The notes below the pieces were generated by a model. It made no database searches, was not told the DNA's origin, and saw nothing but the letters and a program-made list of their open reading frames with translations. The position numbers and the translations under genes were made by a program. This document shows, piece after piece, positions 29,745-39,755 of a stretch of 64,000 bases of DNA (position 1 is the stretch's first letter; every line of letters starts with the position of its first letter). Source of the stretch: Candidatus Kerfeldbacteria bacterium (GTDB taxonomy: Bacteria > Patescibacteriota > Patescibacteriia > SBBC01); NCBI GenBank assembly GCA_016207275.1, contig JACQPY010000009.1, forward strand, positions 27,637 through 91,636. The letters are read 5' to 3'.

Positions 29745-30380
29745 TCACTTCAGGAGTTTGAAGCTCTTGACGAATGCCGTAAAGTTCTTCGCGAAGGGAT
29801 TCTTCGACATCGTACTACCCGTGTACACCCAAAGTTCCTGGACCATGTAGGCGGTGGTTTTATTTTTGGTCATAATCACGACGTTGACCACGATCTTCGC
29901 CCCCTGTTGCTCGGCGGTGGCGGAAACCTTGGTGGCCGTGAATCCCGACTTCTTGTACGATTTCGAACTCAACGAGGAGGGACTGAGCGTGCCCCTCAAT
30001 TCCTCAAGCACGGCGTTGATGAACCCGGTCCAGTCCTTATCCTCAAGCGCATTCTCTTCATCGCCGGTCAGGGGATCAGCTTTCGTCCCCAGTCTAGCCA
30101 CCCGCAGCTGGTACGCCGCTCCCTTCTTAAGATATTCACCGGCCTTCTTCTTAGTCGGCGAGAGCTCAATGTAGCAACCGCTCGACCCGCAGCTCGCCTT
30201 ACTTTTTACTAAGGTGTTCGGGTAGGAAAAGGAAAACTGCTTGTTGGAAAACGTTTTGGTTGTGGTGGCTGCTAAAACCGGCGCGCTCCAGTAGGCGATA
30301 AAGAGCGCCATCACCGCGATAACGGCAACGGTTCGTTTAAGATAGTGCATATATAGTTTGATTATAATGATAATACCCAC
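29745..30380 (-). CDS. Hypothetical secreted protein
   Basis: 211 aa. N-terminal signal/TM (RTVAVIAVMALFIAYWSAPVLAATT). No recognizable domain. Confidence 0.55.
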   Translation of the reverse strand: MGIIIIIKLYMHYLKRTVAVIAVMALFIAYWSAPVLAATTTKTFSNKQFSFSYPNTLVKSKASCGSSGCYIELSPTKKKAGEYLKKGAAYQLRVARLGTKADPLTGDEENALEDKDWTGFINAVLEELRGTLSPSSLSSKSYKKSGFTATKVSATAEQQGAKIVVNVVIMTKNKTTAYMVQELWVYTGSTMSKNPFAKNFTAFVKSFKLLK

Positions 30381-30546
30381 TTTCAGTATACAGGAACACG
30401 GACAAAGCGCACATCAAGAGAATCGTCAAAAAAGATACGTCTAAAAGCAAATAGCCCTGGGTCACTCGCCGAGACGTGTAGTCTCAGAGAATGCCCAGGG
30501 CCGATGTCAGGCGAGGTGCAGAGGCGGGATTACCGCCGGTCGGGCA

Positions 30547-31017
30547 TCACCCGCTAATGATTTTGGCGTCGGAGTCGGCGCCGGTACTGATGTTGCCAGG
30601 GGACATGCCCCCGGCGTTCATCCTCCACGTCGCGTTCTGGTCCGTCGTCCGGCTCCAGATGAGGTCCGCGAGCTCGTTCGTGCTGATGCTCGGGGCGCCG
30701 CCGCAGATAGCGATCATCGCGTTCAGGTACGTCGTCGGGACGTCGAACGAGAAGATGATCTCGCAGACCTTGCTGTCGGGAGCCACGACCTCCGACGTGG
30801 GCACGGCATTCGGCAGGTTGGCCAGGTAAGCGACGTTGGTCGCGGTGGACGAGGGATGATTGGCCTGCGTCAACGTCGGCATGGTGGCGATGGTAACGAT
30901 CGCCATCACGAAGACGCTGAGCAGAATGAACGGAGCACCTCTGATTCGGTTCACGATGAACCTCCTCGAGAAGGTGATGCGTGTGTGCCACGACTGGCTT
31001 CCGTGTTCACCCCACAC
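30547..31017 (-). CDS. Hypothetical secreted protein
   Basis: 156 aa. Hydrophobic N-terminal segment APFILLSVFVMAIVTIATMPTL. Start uncertain. Confidence 0.45.
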   Translation of the reverse strand: MWGEHGSQSWHTRITFSRRFIVNRIRGAPFILLSVFVMAIVTIATMPTLTQANHPSSTATNVAYLANLPNAVPTSEVVAPDSKVCEIIFSFDVPTTYLNAMIAICGGAPSISTNELADLIWSRTTDQNATWRMNAGGMSPGNISTGADSDAKIISG

Positions 31018-31449
31018 ACGCTGAAGGTGAACTAGTTAAAAAAGCACTCCTGACGAGAGTTGTCAAGGGTAGTACCATGGATCCATGACCAAGCCTCGTC
31101 CATCAACTAAGACCGAGCGCCGGGAAGTTCGAAAACGTCCAAAAATGAAAGTGACCGGTGCGAGCGTTAAGCTACTCCAACGTATTATCATCTCAAGGAG
31201 TCGTGGGAGCGTGCGCCGGTCATCCTGACCCCGGTCCCCGACTTGATCGAGGAGACCCGGGGGAAGGATCTACAAGCACACCGATTGTATAATCTTTGAG
31301 GCACGTCTCCTTCTCGAGTCGTTTCCGGCGCCTCGGTCAAGCGGCTGCGTCAGATTATCGGCGCCAAAGGCAAGCATCCGTATTGACGGGTAGCCGCTTT
31401 CGTGGTAGGGTCCAATGGGCCTAGCTAGGCCTTTTATCTTCAACAGTCG

Positions 31450-31674
31450 ATGAAACAAATCTTCGATATCATTCAAATTGTGCTGGCCGTCATCCTTGTC
31501 GGTGCCATCTTATTGCAGAACAAAAGCGCTGGCCTGGGCGGCATCTTCGGCGGTGGCGAGGGCAACGTCTACAGCACCCGGCGCGGCGCCGAAAAAGTCC
31601 TGTTCATCGCCACCATCGTCCTGGCCGTATTGTTCTTCGCCAGCGCCCTAGCCTCGGTCATCGTGCGAGGGTAA
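31450..31674 (+). CDS. secG: Preprotein translocase subunit SecG
   Basis: 74 aa, two TM helices flanking LLQNKSAGLGGIFGGGEG (SecG Gly-rich loop). Confidence 0.8.
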   Translation: MKQIFDIIQIVLAVILVGAILLQNKSAGLGGIFGGGEGNVYSTRRGAEKVLFIATIVLAVLFFASALASVIVRG

Positions 31675-31688
31675 CGCCACGTCGCTCG

Positions 31689-33491
31689 GTGACCAACCCT
31701 CTGACCGCATTAATCCGCTGGGTTCGCTCCCGCCGCGCCGCTGGTGCGGCGAGTGTTGGTGACGATCCGCTGGCGCACCGTGAACGAGCCCTGGTCCATA
31801 CCTTGGCCAAGTCGCGCCTGCCCAGCCTGCGGCAGCTGCGCTACCTGTCCAAAGTACTGGCCCCAACTGAGCTATTTCTGGTCCGGGCGCTCAGCGGCTT
31901 CGTCGTCGTCGCCCTCATTTTTCTCGGCGCCCGCGCCTACGCCCGGAACGTCGTCCACCTACCACGGTCAGGCGGCGAAGTCGTCGAGGGGCTGGTCGGC
32001 ACGCCGCAGTACCTCAACCCGATCCTGCTCGGCACAAACGACGTCGATCGCGACCTGACTCGCCTGCTCTTCGCCGGCCTACTGAAACGCAACGAGCGAC
32101 AGGAGATTGTGCCCGACTTGGCGTCGTCAATCGACATCAGCGAAGACAAAAAAGTCTACACGGTTACGCTCCGCAACAACCTGCGCTGGTCAGACGGCGA
32201 GCCGCTCAACGTCGAGGACGCGCTGCTGACCTTCAGCCTGATCCAGGACCAGCTCTATAAAAGTCCGCTCCGCAGCCAATTCCGCAACGTCAAAATTGAA
32301 CGCCTTGACGACCAGACCATTCGTTTCACGCTCAACCAGGCCTCGGCCGCCTTCCTAGCCAGCCTGACCGTCGGCCTTATCCCGACCCACATTTGGGGGG
32401 ATGTGCCGCCAACCAGCTTCGCCCTGGTCGAGTATAACGTCAAGCCGGTCGGCGCCGGTCCCTTCACCTTTGAATCACTCAAGCGCGACGCCAGCACCGG
32501 CGCGATCAAAGAGTACCACTTGGCCCGTAACGACGGGTACCACGGCCAGCGACCCTACCTTGATCGTCTGTCGCTAAAAATTTTCCCCGAGTTGCTGTCC
32601 GCGGTTGATGCCCTCCAATCAAAACGAGTCGAGAGCCTCAGTGTGGTGCCGGCCGACGCCCGGATCACACTCAAGCAGGCCCAAGCCCGCGACCTCCAAC
32701 TTCCGCGCTACACCGCCGTCTTCTTCAATGGCCGCCGAAACCTCCTCAAACCGATTGAGGTTCGCCGAGCGCTGGCCCAAAGCATCCCGCGTGCCCAGAT
32801 CGTGATTGACATCCTCCACGGTGCCGCCACGGTCGTCGATGGGCCATTTGCCAGCGATCTACCTGGCCACGCCGGTAAACTCCAGCCAGACTACGATCCG
32901 GCCGCCGCCAACGCCGCGCTTGAGGCCGCCGGCTGGATCAAACCCGAGGGTTCCGCCGTCCGCAAAAAAGGGAACGACGAGCTGGCACTGACGCTGACCA
33001 TTGTCGACCAACCCGAGGACCGCGCCATCGCTGAACTCATCAAGCAGCAGTGGGAAGGGATCGGCGTCAAAGTCGAACTCCGACCGGTTGATGCCACGCT
33101 CATTGCTAAAGAGGTCATTAAACCGCGCAACTACGACGCCTTCCTCTACGGCGAAATCATGCCCGGCGACGGCGACCTCTACCCGTTCTGGCACTCGTCA
33201 CAGGATCGCGATCCCGGCCTTAACCTGACGACCTTTTTCAACAAAGATGCGGACAAGCTGTTGGAAGAGTTACGAACCACCACTGACCCGGCGGTGGTGT
33301 CTGAAAAGCGGATTGCTTTCCAGCGCCTCCTGGCTGAGCAGCTCCATGCTATTTTCCTCTACTCGCCGTACTACACCTACGGTTTGGCCAAGCGCGTCCA
33401 GGGCTTCGACGTCCGTTACGTGACTACGCCGGCCGACCGCTTCGCCAACATTGAACGCTGGTACGTTAAAACCAAAATAGCGCTCAAGTAG
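31689..33491 (+). CDS. ABC transporter substrate-binding protein (family 5, peptide/nickel type), membrane-anchored
   Basis: 600 aa with N-terminal TM anchor and SBP_bac_5-like body. Confidence 0.8.
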   Translation: MTNPLTALIRWVRSRRAAGAASVGDDPLAHRERALVHTLAKSRLPSLRQLRYLSKVLAPTELFLVRALSGFVVVALIFLGARAYARNVVHLPRSGGEVVEGLVGTPQYLNPILLGTNDVDRDLTRLLFAGLLKRNERQEIVPDLASSIDISEDKKVYTVTLRNNLRWSDGEPLNVEDALLTFSLIQDQLYKSPLRSQFRNVKIERLDDQTIRFTLNQASAAFLASLTVGLIPTHIWGDVPPTSFALVEYNVKPVGAGPFTFESLKRDASTGAIKEYHLARNDGYHGQRPYLDRLSLKIFPELLSAVDALQSKRVESLSVVPADARITLKQAQARDLQLPRYTAVFFNGRRNLLKPIEVRRALAQSIPRAQIVIDILHGAATVVDGPFASDLPGHAGKLQPDYDPAAANAALEAAGWIKPEGSAVRKKGNDELALTLTIVDQPEDRAIAELIKQQWEGIGVKVELRPVDATLIAKEVIKPRNYDAFLYGEIMPGDGDLYPFWHSSQDRDPGLNLTTFFNKDADKLLEELRTTTDPAVVSEKRIAFQRLLAEQLHAIFLYSPYYTYGLAKRVQGFDVRYVTTPADRFANIERWYVKTKIALK

Positions 33492-33569
33492 CAACGACTG
33501 ACATTTGACTTTTGACGTGTGACTAATGAATGTTAAGTTTGAGTAGTCAGAAGTCAAATTTTTTCACAA

Positions 33570-33775
33570 GGGCGAGTGGTGAAATCCCGTACTATCCGCC
33601 TGCGGCGGAAGTACGGGACGGGCTGGCAGATTTACCCCGTACCAGAGGTGGGCGAGTGGCGGAACGGTAGACCCCGCACAACTCCTCACTTCGCTCGGAG
33701 TCTGCGGGGCAGGCGCACTTGGGAGAAAATGGTGGGCATGTGGCGGAACTGGCATACGCGTCCCGCCTAAGTGGT
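33570..33775 (+). repeat. Array of degenerate tRNA-Leu 5'-half-like segments and a CCCCGCA hairpin upstream of tRNA-Leu
   Basis: AGTGGCGGAACGGTAGAC (33655-) and ATGTGGCGGAACTGGCATACGCG (33738-) resemble the D-arm of the downstream tRNA (TGGTGGAACTGGCAGACACG). A CCCCGCA...TGCGGGG hairpin is at 33672-33709. Confidence 0.4.
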
Positions 33776-33862
33776 GCCGCGGTGGTGGAACTGGCAGACA
33801 CGCATGGTTCAGGGCCATGTTCCCGAAAGGGAGTGGGAGTTCAACTCTCCCCCGCGGCACCA
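33776..33862 (+). tRNA. tRNA-Leu (CAG)
   Basis: Type II: acceptor GCCGCGG/CCGCGGC, anticodon loop TTCAGGG, long variable arm, T-arm GGGAGTTCAACTCTCCC, discriminator A and encoded CCA. Confidence 0.85.
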
Positions 33863-34016
33863 CTTGTGCGGGATGACTGCAAGACCGTGAGGGTTTCCCG
33901 CCACCTTGATTCAAAAACTCAAATGATGGCGGGATCCCGTCCCCGCGTACGCGGGGAATGGCGGGACAACTCCCTCCTCGCCCACCAACCCCTCAAATAA
34001 TGCGACGGATTAAGAC

Positions 34017-34522
34017 ATGGACAACGTAATTTGGGTGGATGAAAACGATAAGGAGCTTGGGACCATCCTAGCCAGCAAGCCCATCGCGACGGTCTGCTTC
34101 ATAGAATTGCCGTCGTCTACCTGACTAAGGACAACGGTCAGATTTTAATCCAACAGCGAATGAGCGGACGGCTTGACCACTCATCAGCCGGACACGTCGA
34201 TCCAGGAGAAACCTACCGGCAGGCAGCTATCAGGGAATTACAAGAAGAGCTGGGCATCACCGGCGAATTAACTGAACTCGGCAAGACTATTTCAGATGAA
34301 ATCGAACCAGAAGCGAAACGCCAGCAAATTCGACATCTGTTCACCGTTTTCGAGTGTCGCGGCAATCCGGGTACGCTGGCAAAGGGCGAAGTGAAAAATG
34401 TTTGGTGGGCCGATCCGAAAAAAACGTATGAGGAAATGAAACGCGATCCTCATAACCAGAAATATTGTGGAGGATTTAAGGCCACATTGCGAATGTATTT
34501 GGAAAAGAAAAATCTGAAATAA
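34017..34522 (+). pseudogene. NUDIX hydrolase with apparent frameshift near 34080
   Basis: N-terminus MDNVIWVDENDKELGTILAS is in one frame. The Nudix body (AHRDGLLHRIAVVYLTKDNG...GHVDPGETYRQAAIRELQEELGI, Nudix box) is in another frame, which has no start codon before 34160. Confidence 0.55.
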
Positions 34523-34631
34523 TCTCGTGTTAGCCTTGACAAATCCACAAAACTGATATATCCTACTACCTCGTACCAAATACCAACTACTAAATACCAT
34601 ATACCATCTCCCCATCGCGCCCAGAGGCTCG

Positions 34632-34675
34632 CCCCGCACTCGATCCTGAGCCTGTCGAAGGAGAGTAGTGCGGGG
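34632..34675. repeat. CCCCGCACT...AGTGCGGGG hairpin repeat with GATCCTGAGCCTGTCGAAGG core
   Basis: Same family as 3514-3563. Confidence 0.55.
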
Positions 34676-34883
34676 ATAACACCGACATCTGCCTTTGCGC
34701 ACGACTTGTCCCGAGCTTAGCGAGGGATCTAGTGCCCAACGACTGCTGGTCCGGCCGAAATGGCCCATCCATCAGAACACAGCTCAATAATTCCATTCAG
34801 AACACCGTTTCTGTGTTGCGGTTAATCAAGAATCCTCTGACGTTTCTCTCTAACCTGAATTACGTCGCTGCGGAAGCGGCGAC

Positions 34884-34968
34884 GATCACCCTTCGAGAGC
34901 CTCAGGGTGACCCTGAGCAAGTCGAACGGGTCAGGGTGTCCGAAGGACGGGTCCCTAGCGGAGCCGCG
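34884..34968. repeat. 85-bp GC-rich palindromic repeat (CACCCTTCGAGAGCCTCAGGGTGACCCTGAGCAAGTCGAACGGGTCAGGGTG...)
   Basis: About 85% identical to 47497-47585. Contains the perfect palindrome CTCAGGGTGACCCTGAG. Intergenic between nudix and rnj. Confidence 0.6.
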
Positions 34969-35034
34969 ACCAGCGACACCGTGCAGGGAAAGGGGGAGCA
35001 TCGGAGGGGGAAACCGTAGGTTTCCCACCCGAAT

Positions 35035-36798
35035 ATGTCAAAAAGACCAAAACCGCGCATGCGCCGGCCCGACGGCCCGCGCTACACGCGAAAACCAAAA
35101 CCGCTGCCGAAAGAAGGCGAGCGGACGCCCAGCGGCACGCATAATGTCCTCCGCCTAATCCCCCTGGGGGGGAATGAAGAAACCGGCGGACGCAACTGCT
35201 ACCTGATCCAGTACGGCCAGGACATCCTCGTCATTGACTTGGGCCTGCAATTTCCGGAAGACGACATGCCCGGCGTCGACTACATCATTCCGGACACGCG
35301 GTACTTGCGCGGCAAAGAAAAATCGATCCGCGGCGTGATTGTCACCCACGGCCACTACGACCACATCGGCGGCGTCCCCCACCTCGTTCCGCAGCTCGGC
35401 AACCCGATGATCTACGCCAGCAACCTGACCGGCGCCATGCTGCAGAAGAAAATGGAGGACGTCCACCCGGGCAAGAAGCTGCGCTTGCAGGCCGTCAAAA
35501 GCCGCGACCGGATCAAGCTCGGCCTGTTCTGGGTCGAGTTCTTTGCCCTGTCACACAACATTCCCGGCAGTCTCGGCGTGGTCATCCAAACCCCGGCCGG
35601 CATGGTCGTCCATACCGGCGACTTCAAGCTCGACACCCGCGCTCACGTTTCCAACCGCACCGACCTCGAATACATCAAGCGTCTTGGACAACGCAACGTC
35701 TTATGTCTGATGTGCGACTCGACCAACTCACCCGTGCCTGGTCACCAAATGTCCGAGTCAGACATTGAGGGCAACATCCAGGGGATGTTTACGCAGACCA
35801 AAGGCCGCATTCTGTTCGCCACCTTCTCGTCGCTGCTATCCCGCATCCAGCAGATTCTGACCCTGGCTGAAAAGTTCAACCGCAAGGTATTGGTCGAGGG
35901 CTTTTCGATGCGAACCAACATTGAAATCGGCCAGCAACTCGGCTACATCCGCGTCAAGTCGAACACCATCGTCAGCTGGGAACAAGCCAAGCATCTGCCG
36001 CCGAACCGCTATATCATCATGTGCACCGGCGCCCAGGGCGAGGACAACGCCGTGCTGATGCGGATCGCCAACCGCGAGCACAAGTACCTTCGCGTCGAAA
36101 AAGGCGACTTGATTGTCTTCTCGTCTTCGATCGTGCCGGGCAACGAGCGTTCGGTCGAACGGCTGAAGGACGGCTTGTACCGCGAAGGCGCCGACATCAT
36201 CGACTACAAAATGCTGGACATCCACGCCGGCGGTCACGCCAACGCTGGCGACATTATTGATTTCATCCGCATGGTTCGACCGAAGTACGTCATGCCGATC
36301 GAAGGCAGCTACTCGCACCTCATCGAGAACAAGAAAAACGCGATCAAAGCCGGCGTGCCGGAGCAACGCGTGCTGCTGGCCGACAACGGGCAGGTTGTCG
36401 AGTTCCACCATGGTCAGGGCTACGTTACAAGCCACCGCATCCCGATTGAGTACGTCTTCGTCGACGGCCTCGGCGTCGGCGACATCAACCACATCGTGCT
36501 GCGCGACCGCAAGCAGCTGGCTGAAGAAGGCATGGTCATCGTCGTCGCCCAGGTCACCCGCAGCGGCAAGGTCCAGCGCGTGGACGTAATTTCCCGCGGC
36601 TTCACCTTTATCCAAAACCAAGGGCGGCTCTTAAGCGAAGTGGTCCGCGAAGCCAAGCGCGCACTCCAAGACCGCGAACCGCGAACCGCCCCTGACCCGA
36701 AAGACCTGCGCGAAAAAATCCACCGCCACCTCGAAAAATTCCTGTTCCAGCGCACCCACCGGCTGCCGATGGTTTTACCCGTCATCGTTGAAGTATAA
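35035..36798 (+). CDS. rnj: Ribonuclease J
   Basis: 587 aa. Metallo-beta-lactamase motif HGHYDHIGG, beta-CASP and C-terminal domain. Basic N-terminal extension. Confidence 0.9.
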   Translation: MSKRPKPRMRRPDGPRYTRKPKPLPKEGERTPSGTHNVLRLIPLGGNEETGGRNCYLIQYGQDILVIDLGLQFPEDDMPGVDYIIPDTRYLRGKEKSIRGVIVTHGHYDHIGGVPHLVPQLGNPMIYASNLTGAMLQKKMEDVHPGKKLRLQAVKSRDRIKLGLFWVEFFALSHNIPGSLGVVIQTPAGMVVHTGDFKLDTRAHVSNRTDLEYIKRLGQRNVLCLMCDSTNSPVPGHQMSESDIEGNIQGMFTQTKGRILFATFSSLLSRIQQILTLAEKFNRKVLVEGFSMRTNIEIGQQLGYIRVKSNTIVSWEQAKHLPPNRYIIMCTGAQGEDNAVLMRIANREHKYLRVEKGDLIVFSSSIVPGNERSVERLKDGLYREGADIIDYKMLDIHAGGHANAGDIIDFIRMVRPKYVMPIEGSYSHLIENKKNAIKAGVPEQRVLLADNGQVVEFHHGQGYVTSHRIPIEYVFVDGLGVGDINHIVLRDRKQLAEEGMVIVVAQVTRSGKVQRVDVISRGFTFIQNQGRLLSEVVREAKRALQDREPRTAPDPKDLREKIHRHLEKFLFQRTHRLPMVLPVIVEV

Positions 36799-36849
36799 AA
36801 TCGTCCCGAGCAAAGTCGAGGGATCTCCTTGTTTCCTATCCTCACCCGA

Positions 36850-36878
36850 CCTCTCCTTGCAAAGGAGAGGGGTTTGTT
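36850..36878 (+). terminator. Intrinsic terminator-like hairpin after rnj
   Basis: CCTCTCCT-TGCAA-AGGAGAGG followed by GGTTTGTT. Confidence 0.5.
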
Positions 36879-36948
36879 AGCACCATTCCTCTCCTCGCCC
36901 CGTCGTGAGGAAAGGGTGGGTGAGGAGTGTTTGTGCTAAGATATCAGC

Positions 36949-37914
36949 ATGGAAGAACGTATCCTGTCCGGCATCCGCCCGTCCTCGCGCCTGCATATCG
37001 GCAACTACCTCGGCGCGATCAAGCAGTGGATTGAGCTCCAGCACCGCGCCCGCTGCTTTTTCATGATCGCCGACCTGCACGCTATTACCACGCCGTACGA
37101 GCCAGCGGAACTGCAACAGGCTATCCGCGACGTCGCCCTCGACTACCTGGCGGCCGGGCTTGACCATCATAAAGTAACACTCTTCGTCCAATCACACGTG
37201 CCTGAGCACGTTGAATTGGCCTGGCTGTTTTCTACGCTCGTGCCGGTTGGCGAACTCCACCGGATGACCCAGTTCAAAGAGAAAAGCACGAAGGCTTCGC
37301 TCGCGAACCTCGGCCTACTCGCCTACCCCGTACTCATGGCCGCAGACATTTTGATTTACCAAGCTCACGAAGTACCGGTTGGTGAAGACCAAACGCAGCA
37401 CGTTGAATTAGCACGCGTGATCGCCCGCAAGTTCAATGCTAAATACGGCCAGGTTTTTCCTGAGCCGAAAACAATCTTATCTGGCGGCAAACGCATCATG
37501 TCATTGTCCGACCCAAGTAAGAAAATGTCGAAGACCGATGGCGGCGGCATCCAGCTCGATGATTCCCCTGAGGTCATCAAGAAAAAAGTCATGAAAGCCG
37601 TCACCGCCACCAAAGGTGGGGAAGGCAACGCTGGCGTCATGAACCTATTCACCTTACTCAAAGAATTCAGCGATCCAACGACCTACCGGCAGTTCCTGAA
37701 CGCCGAAGAAACCGGCACCATCAAGTACGCCGAGCTCAAAGCGCAGCTGGCCGACGACATTGCTCGACACTTTGCCGCCTTCCGAGAAAAACGCAAAGCG
37801 TTGGCCGGCAACCACCGCTACCTCGAGGAAATTTTGAGTGCCGGCGCTGAGGAAGCCCGGGCCACGGCCAAAAAAACGCTCGACCAGGCAAAGCAGCTGA
37901 TGGGATTGGCATGA
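36949..37914 (+). CDS. trpS: Tryptophanyl-tRNA synthetase
   Basis: 321 aa with HIGN (HIGH) and KMSKT (KMSKS) class I motifs. Confidence 0.95.
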   Translation: MEERILSGIRPSSRLHIGNYLGAIKQWIELQHRARCFFMIADLHAITTPYEPAELQQAIRDVALDYLAAGLDHHKVTLFVQSHVPEHVELAWLFSTLVPVGELHRMTQFKEKSTKASLANLGLLAYPVLMAADILIYQAHEVPVGEDQTQHVELARVIARKFNAKYGQVFPEPKTILSGGKRIMSLSDPSKKMSKTDGGGIQLDDSPEVIKKKVMKAVTATKGGEGNAGVMNLFTLLKEFSDPTTYRQFLNAEETGTIKYAELKAQLADDIARHFAAFREKRKALAGNHRYLEEILSAGAEEARATAKKTLDQAKQLMGLA

Positions 37915-38588
37915 GAAAATCTATCCCGCTCATCCTCGCGCTCGTCATCCTCATGACTGTCACCCTGAGGCTCTCGAAGGGTGACGTTGCTTTCGCCGCC
38001 GCAAAATCGTTTGACATCGTCGCCACTTCATCCTCTTTTTCGCCATCATCCATTACCGTCGATCCAGGGGATGTCGTTACCCTCAACTTTTCCGTCCCGT
38101 CCACTGACAGTTACTGCTGCGGCCTCGACGTCCGCTCGTCAGCTTTCAGCACCGTCACCATTGCCAAGGGTGGCAGCGGCAACGCCACCTTCACTGCGTC
38201 GTCATCGTTCACTTTTTCCTCGTACTGGCCGGCCAGCTCAATCCACAAAGCTGATGGCACCGTCACGGTTCAAACTGCCGCCGTCCAACCACCAACCAAT
38301 ACGAATACGACTATCGTCAAGCCGACCATCAGCAAGGTCCAACCAGGAAAGTTCAAACAAAAAACCGAAGGCTCGTTTTCCATCATCATTACCGGCACCG
38401 AGTTCAAAACTGGAGCCGCAGTCAAAGTCGGTAAAGTCAAAGCCTCGAAAGTATCGCGCCTGTCCAGCACGAAACTCAAGGCCATCATTCCGCGAAAAAA
38501 CCTGGCCGCGGGCAAGTACGACGTTACCGTCACGAACAAAGACGGCGGGAAAACCACCAAGAAACGCGCCGTAACTATTGTGAAGTAG
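37911..38588 (+). CDS. Hypothetical secreted protein with C-terminal IPT/TIG-like Ig domain. A repeat element sits in-frame after the signal peptide
   Basis: Signal peptide MRKSIPLILALVILM. Next comes TVTLRLSKGDVA, encoded by the palindromic repeat GTCACCCTGAGGCTCTCGAAGGGTGAC (37959-37985). Confidence 0.6.
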   Translation: MRKSIPLILALVILMTVTLRLSKGDVAFAAAKSFDIVATSSSFSPSSITVDPGDVVTLNFSVPSTDSYCCGLDVRSSAFSTVTIAKGGSGNATFTASSSFTFSSYWPASSIHKADGTVTVQTAAVQPPTNTNTTIVKPTISKVQPGKFKQKTEGSFSIIITGTEFKTGAAVKVGKVKASKVSRLSSTKLKAIIPRKNLAAGKYDVTVTNKDGGKTTKKRAVTIVK

Positions 38589-38622
38589 CTGCGCCCCGCA
38601 CGGCCGCCTCGCCTTTTCCATT

Positions 38623-38690
38623 GTCACCCTGAGGACACTCAGGGTCTCTGTTGATCAGGCGCAGGGATCCTGAAACGAGTTCAGGATGAC
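38623..38690 (+). terminator. Two tandem hairpins after the secreted-protein gene (CACCCTGAG family, then ATCCTGAA/TTCAGGAT)
   Basis: ACCCTGAG-GACA-CTCAGGGT and ATCCTGAA-ACGAG-TTCAGGAT lie 35-100 nt past the stop. Confidence 0.4.
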
Positions 38691-38751
38691 ATGGCGGGAA
38701 CGAATAGCGACCGTGCGGGGCGCTTGACACAGCCGTTAGACTCAATTAAAG

Positions 38752-39129
38752 TTGCGCCAGTTCTGGAGGAACCAGAACGTTCGTTCACAACCCGCCTCGG
38801 ACGGAAAATCCGGTCGAATGACCGGAAAACGGCCGGCCTTGGCACTTCCGCCAGTAGGACATGTGGGCCTACTGGAAAGGAGGAACAAAACATGGTTCTT
38901 TCTTGCCATCGTGGCCGTCTGGTGGATCTTCTTGCTTACCAAAGTGCTACCGATGGTGAGCGGAGTAAACACCGCGGCTGGGGCGCTGGGCTGGGTGCTA
39001 GCCGTAATGGTTTGTGGCCTGATCGCCGTAGTTTCAACCGTTGTCACTCTCCACGTCCTCTGGCTGCCGGGCTACATCCGCTGCTACCTAATCGGCTGGC
39101 CAATGACCATGGAGGTCGTTGACGGTTGA
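38752..39129 (+). CDS. Hypothetical membrane protein
   Basis: C-terminal 70 aa form 2-3 TM helices (FFLAIVAVWWIFLL..., LGWVLAVMVCGLIAVV). Start uncertain. Confidence 0.4.
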   Translation: MRQFWRNQNVRSQPASDGKSGRMTGKRPALALPPVGHVGLLERRNKTWFFLAIVAVWWIFLLTKVLPMVSGVNTAAGALGWVLAVMVCGLIAVVSTVVTLHVLWLPGYIRCYLIGWPMTMEVVDG

Positions 39130-39171
39130 CTCCACCGTCACCTCGGTCACGAATCCAAGACCGGACGAGCC

Positions 39172-39675
39172 TTGTTTACCAGACACTACGGCCCGTGGCG
39201 AAAGATCGTAGCCTACGGCTACGCTGACTGGCCCCTGGTTCGTGAATCCCGCGGTTACATTACCCTTGGGCGGGAAAAGCGGTGGTTGCTGACCGTTGAT
39301 CGGGACACGGCCGCCGTACTCGTCTGTGAACTCCACTCGCTCGATTATCTGCCCGCTCTGGCGCTCCGCGGCGAGCGAGTCCAAGAGCTCCTGCAACGGC
39401 TCGGGACGAGACTGGCTGAGCAGCACCTGGCCGTGGCCGAAGACAAAGCTGGACTCGGCTTCACGCCGCGCGGCCAAGCGATGCGCCAGTGGCTGCGCGA
39501 ACTGACCGGTTGGGCTCATCAGGAGGCAGAGAACCTCAGTACGCCGTTCAGCAACGCGACCGGCAATCCACTTTCGCCCGCGGTCAACTTCATCAACGAA
39601 CAGGAGGAAAAGATCGAGGCCCGCCGTCGGAAGAAGCACCAGCCAGACGCACGCCCCGAGGCGGTTACGTCATAA
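39172..39675 (+). CDS. Hypothetical protein
   Basis: 167-aa ORF with normal composition. No domain recognized. Confidence 0.4.
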   Translation: MFTRHYGPWRKIVAYGYADWPLVRESRGYITLGREKRWLLTVDRDTAAVLVCELHSLDYLPALALRGERVQELLQRLGTRLAEQHLAVAEDKAGLGFTPRGQAMRQWLRELTGWAHQEAENLSTPFSNATGNPLSPAVNFINEQEEKIEARRRKKHQPDARPEAVTS

Positions 39676-39755
39676 CTCCCGGAGCAATCCGGAACAGCTC
39701 GTCAACACCCCGAGGCAGGTTCGCAGCATCACCGCGGACCTGCCTCAGTCTTTTA

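Noticed and set aside
33576-33914. ORFs of 64-116 aa overlapping the tRNA-Leu region
   Set aside because: They overlap a tRNA gene and tRNA-like repeats, are Pro/Arg-rich and have no RBS.
35836-36845. 261-aa and 141-aa minus-strand ORFs inside rnj
   Set aside because: Antisense to the RNase J gene with biased Asp/Ala/Val composition.
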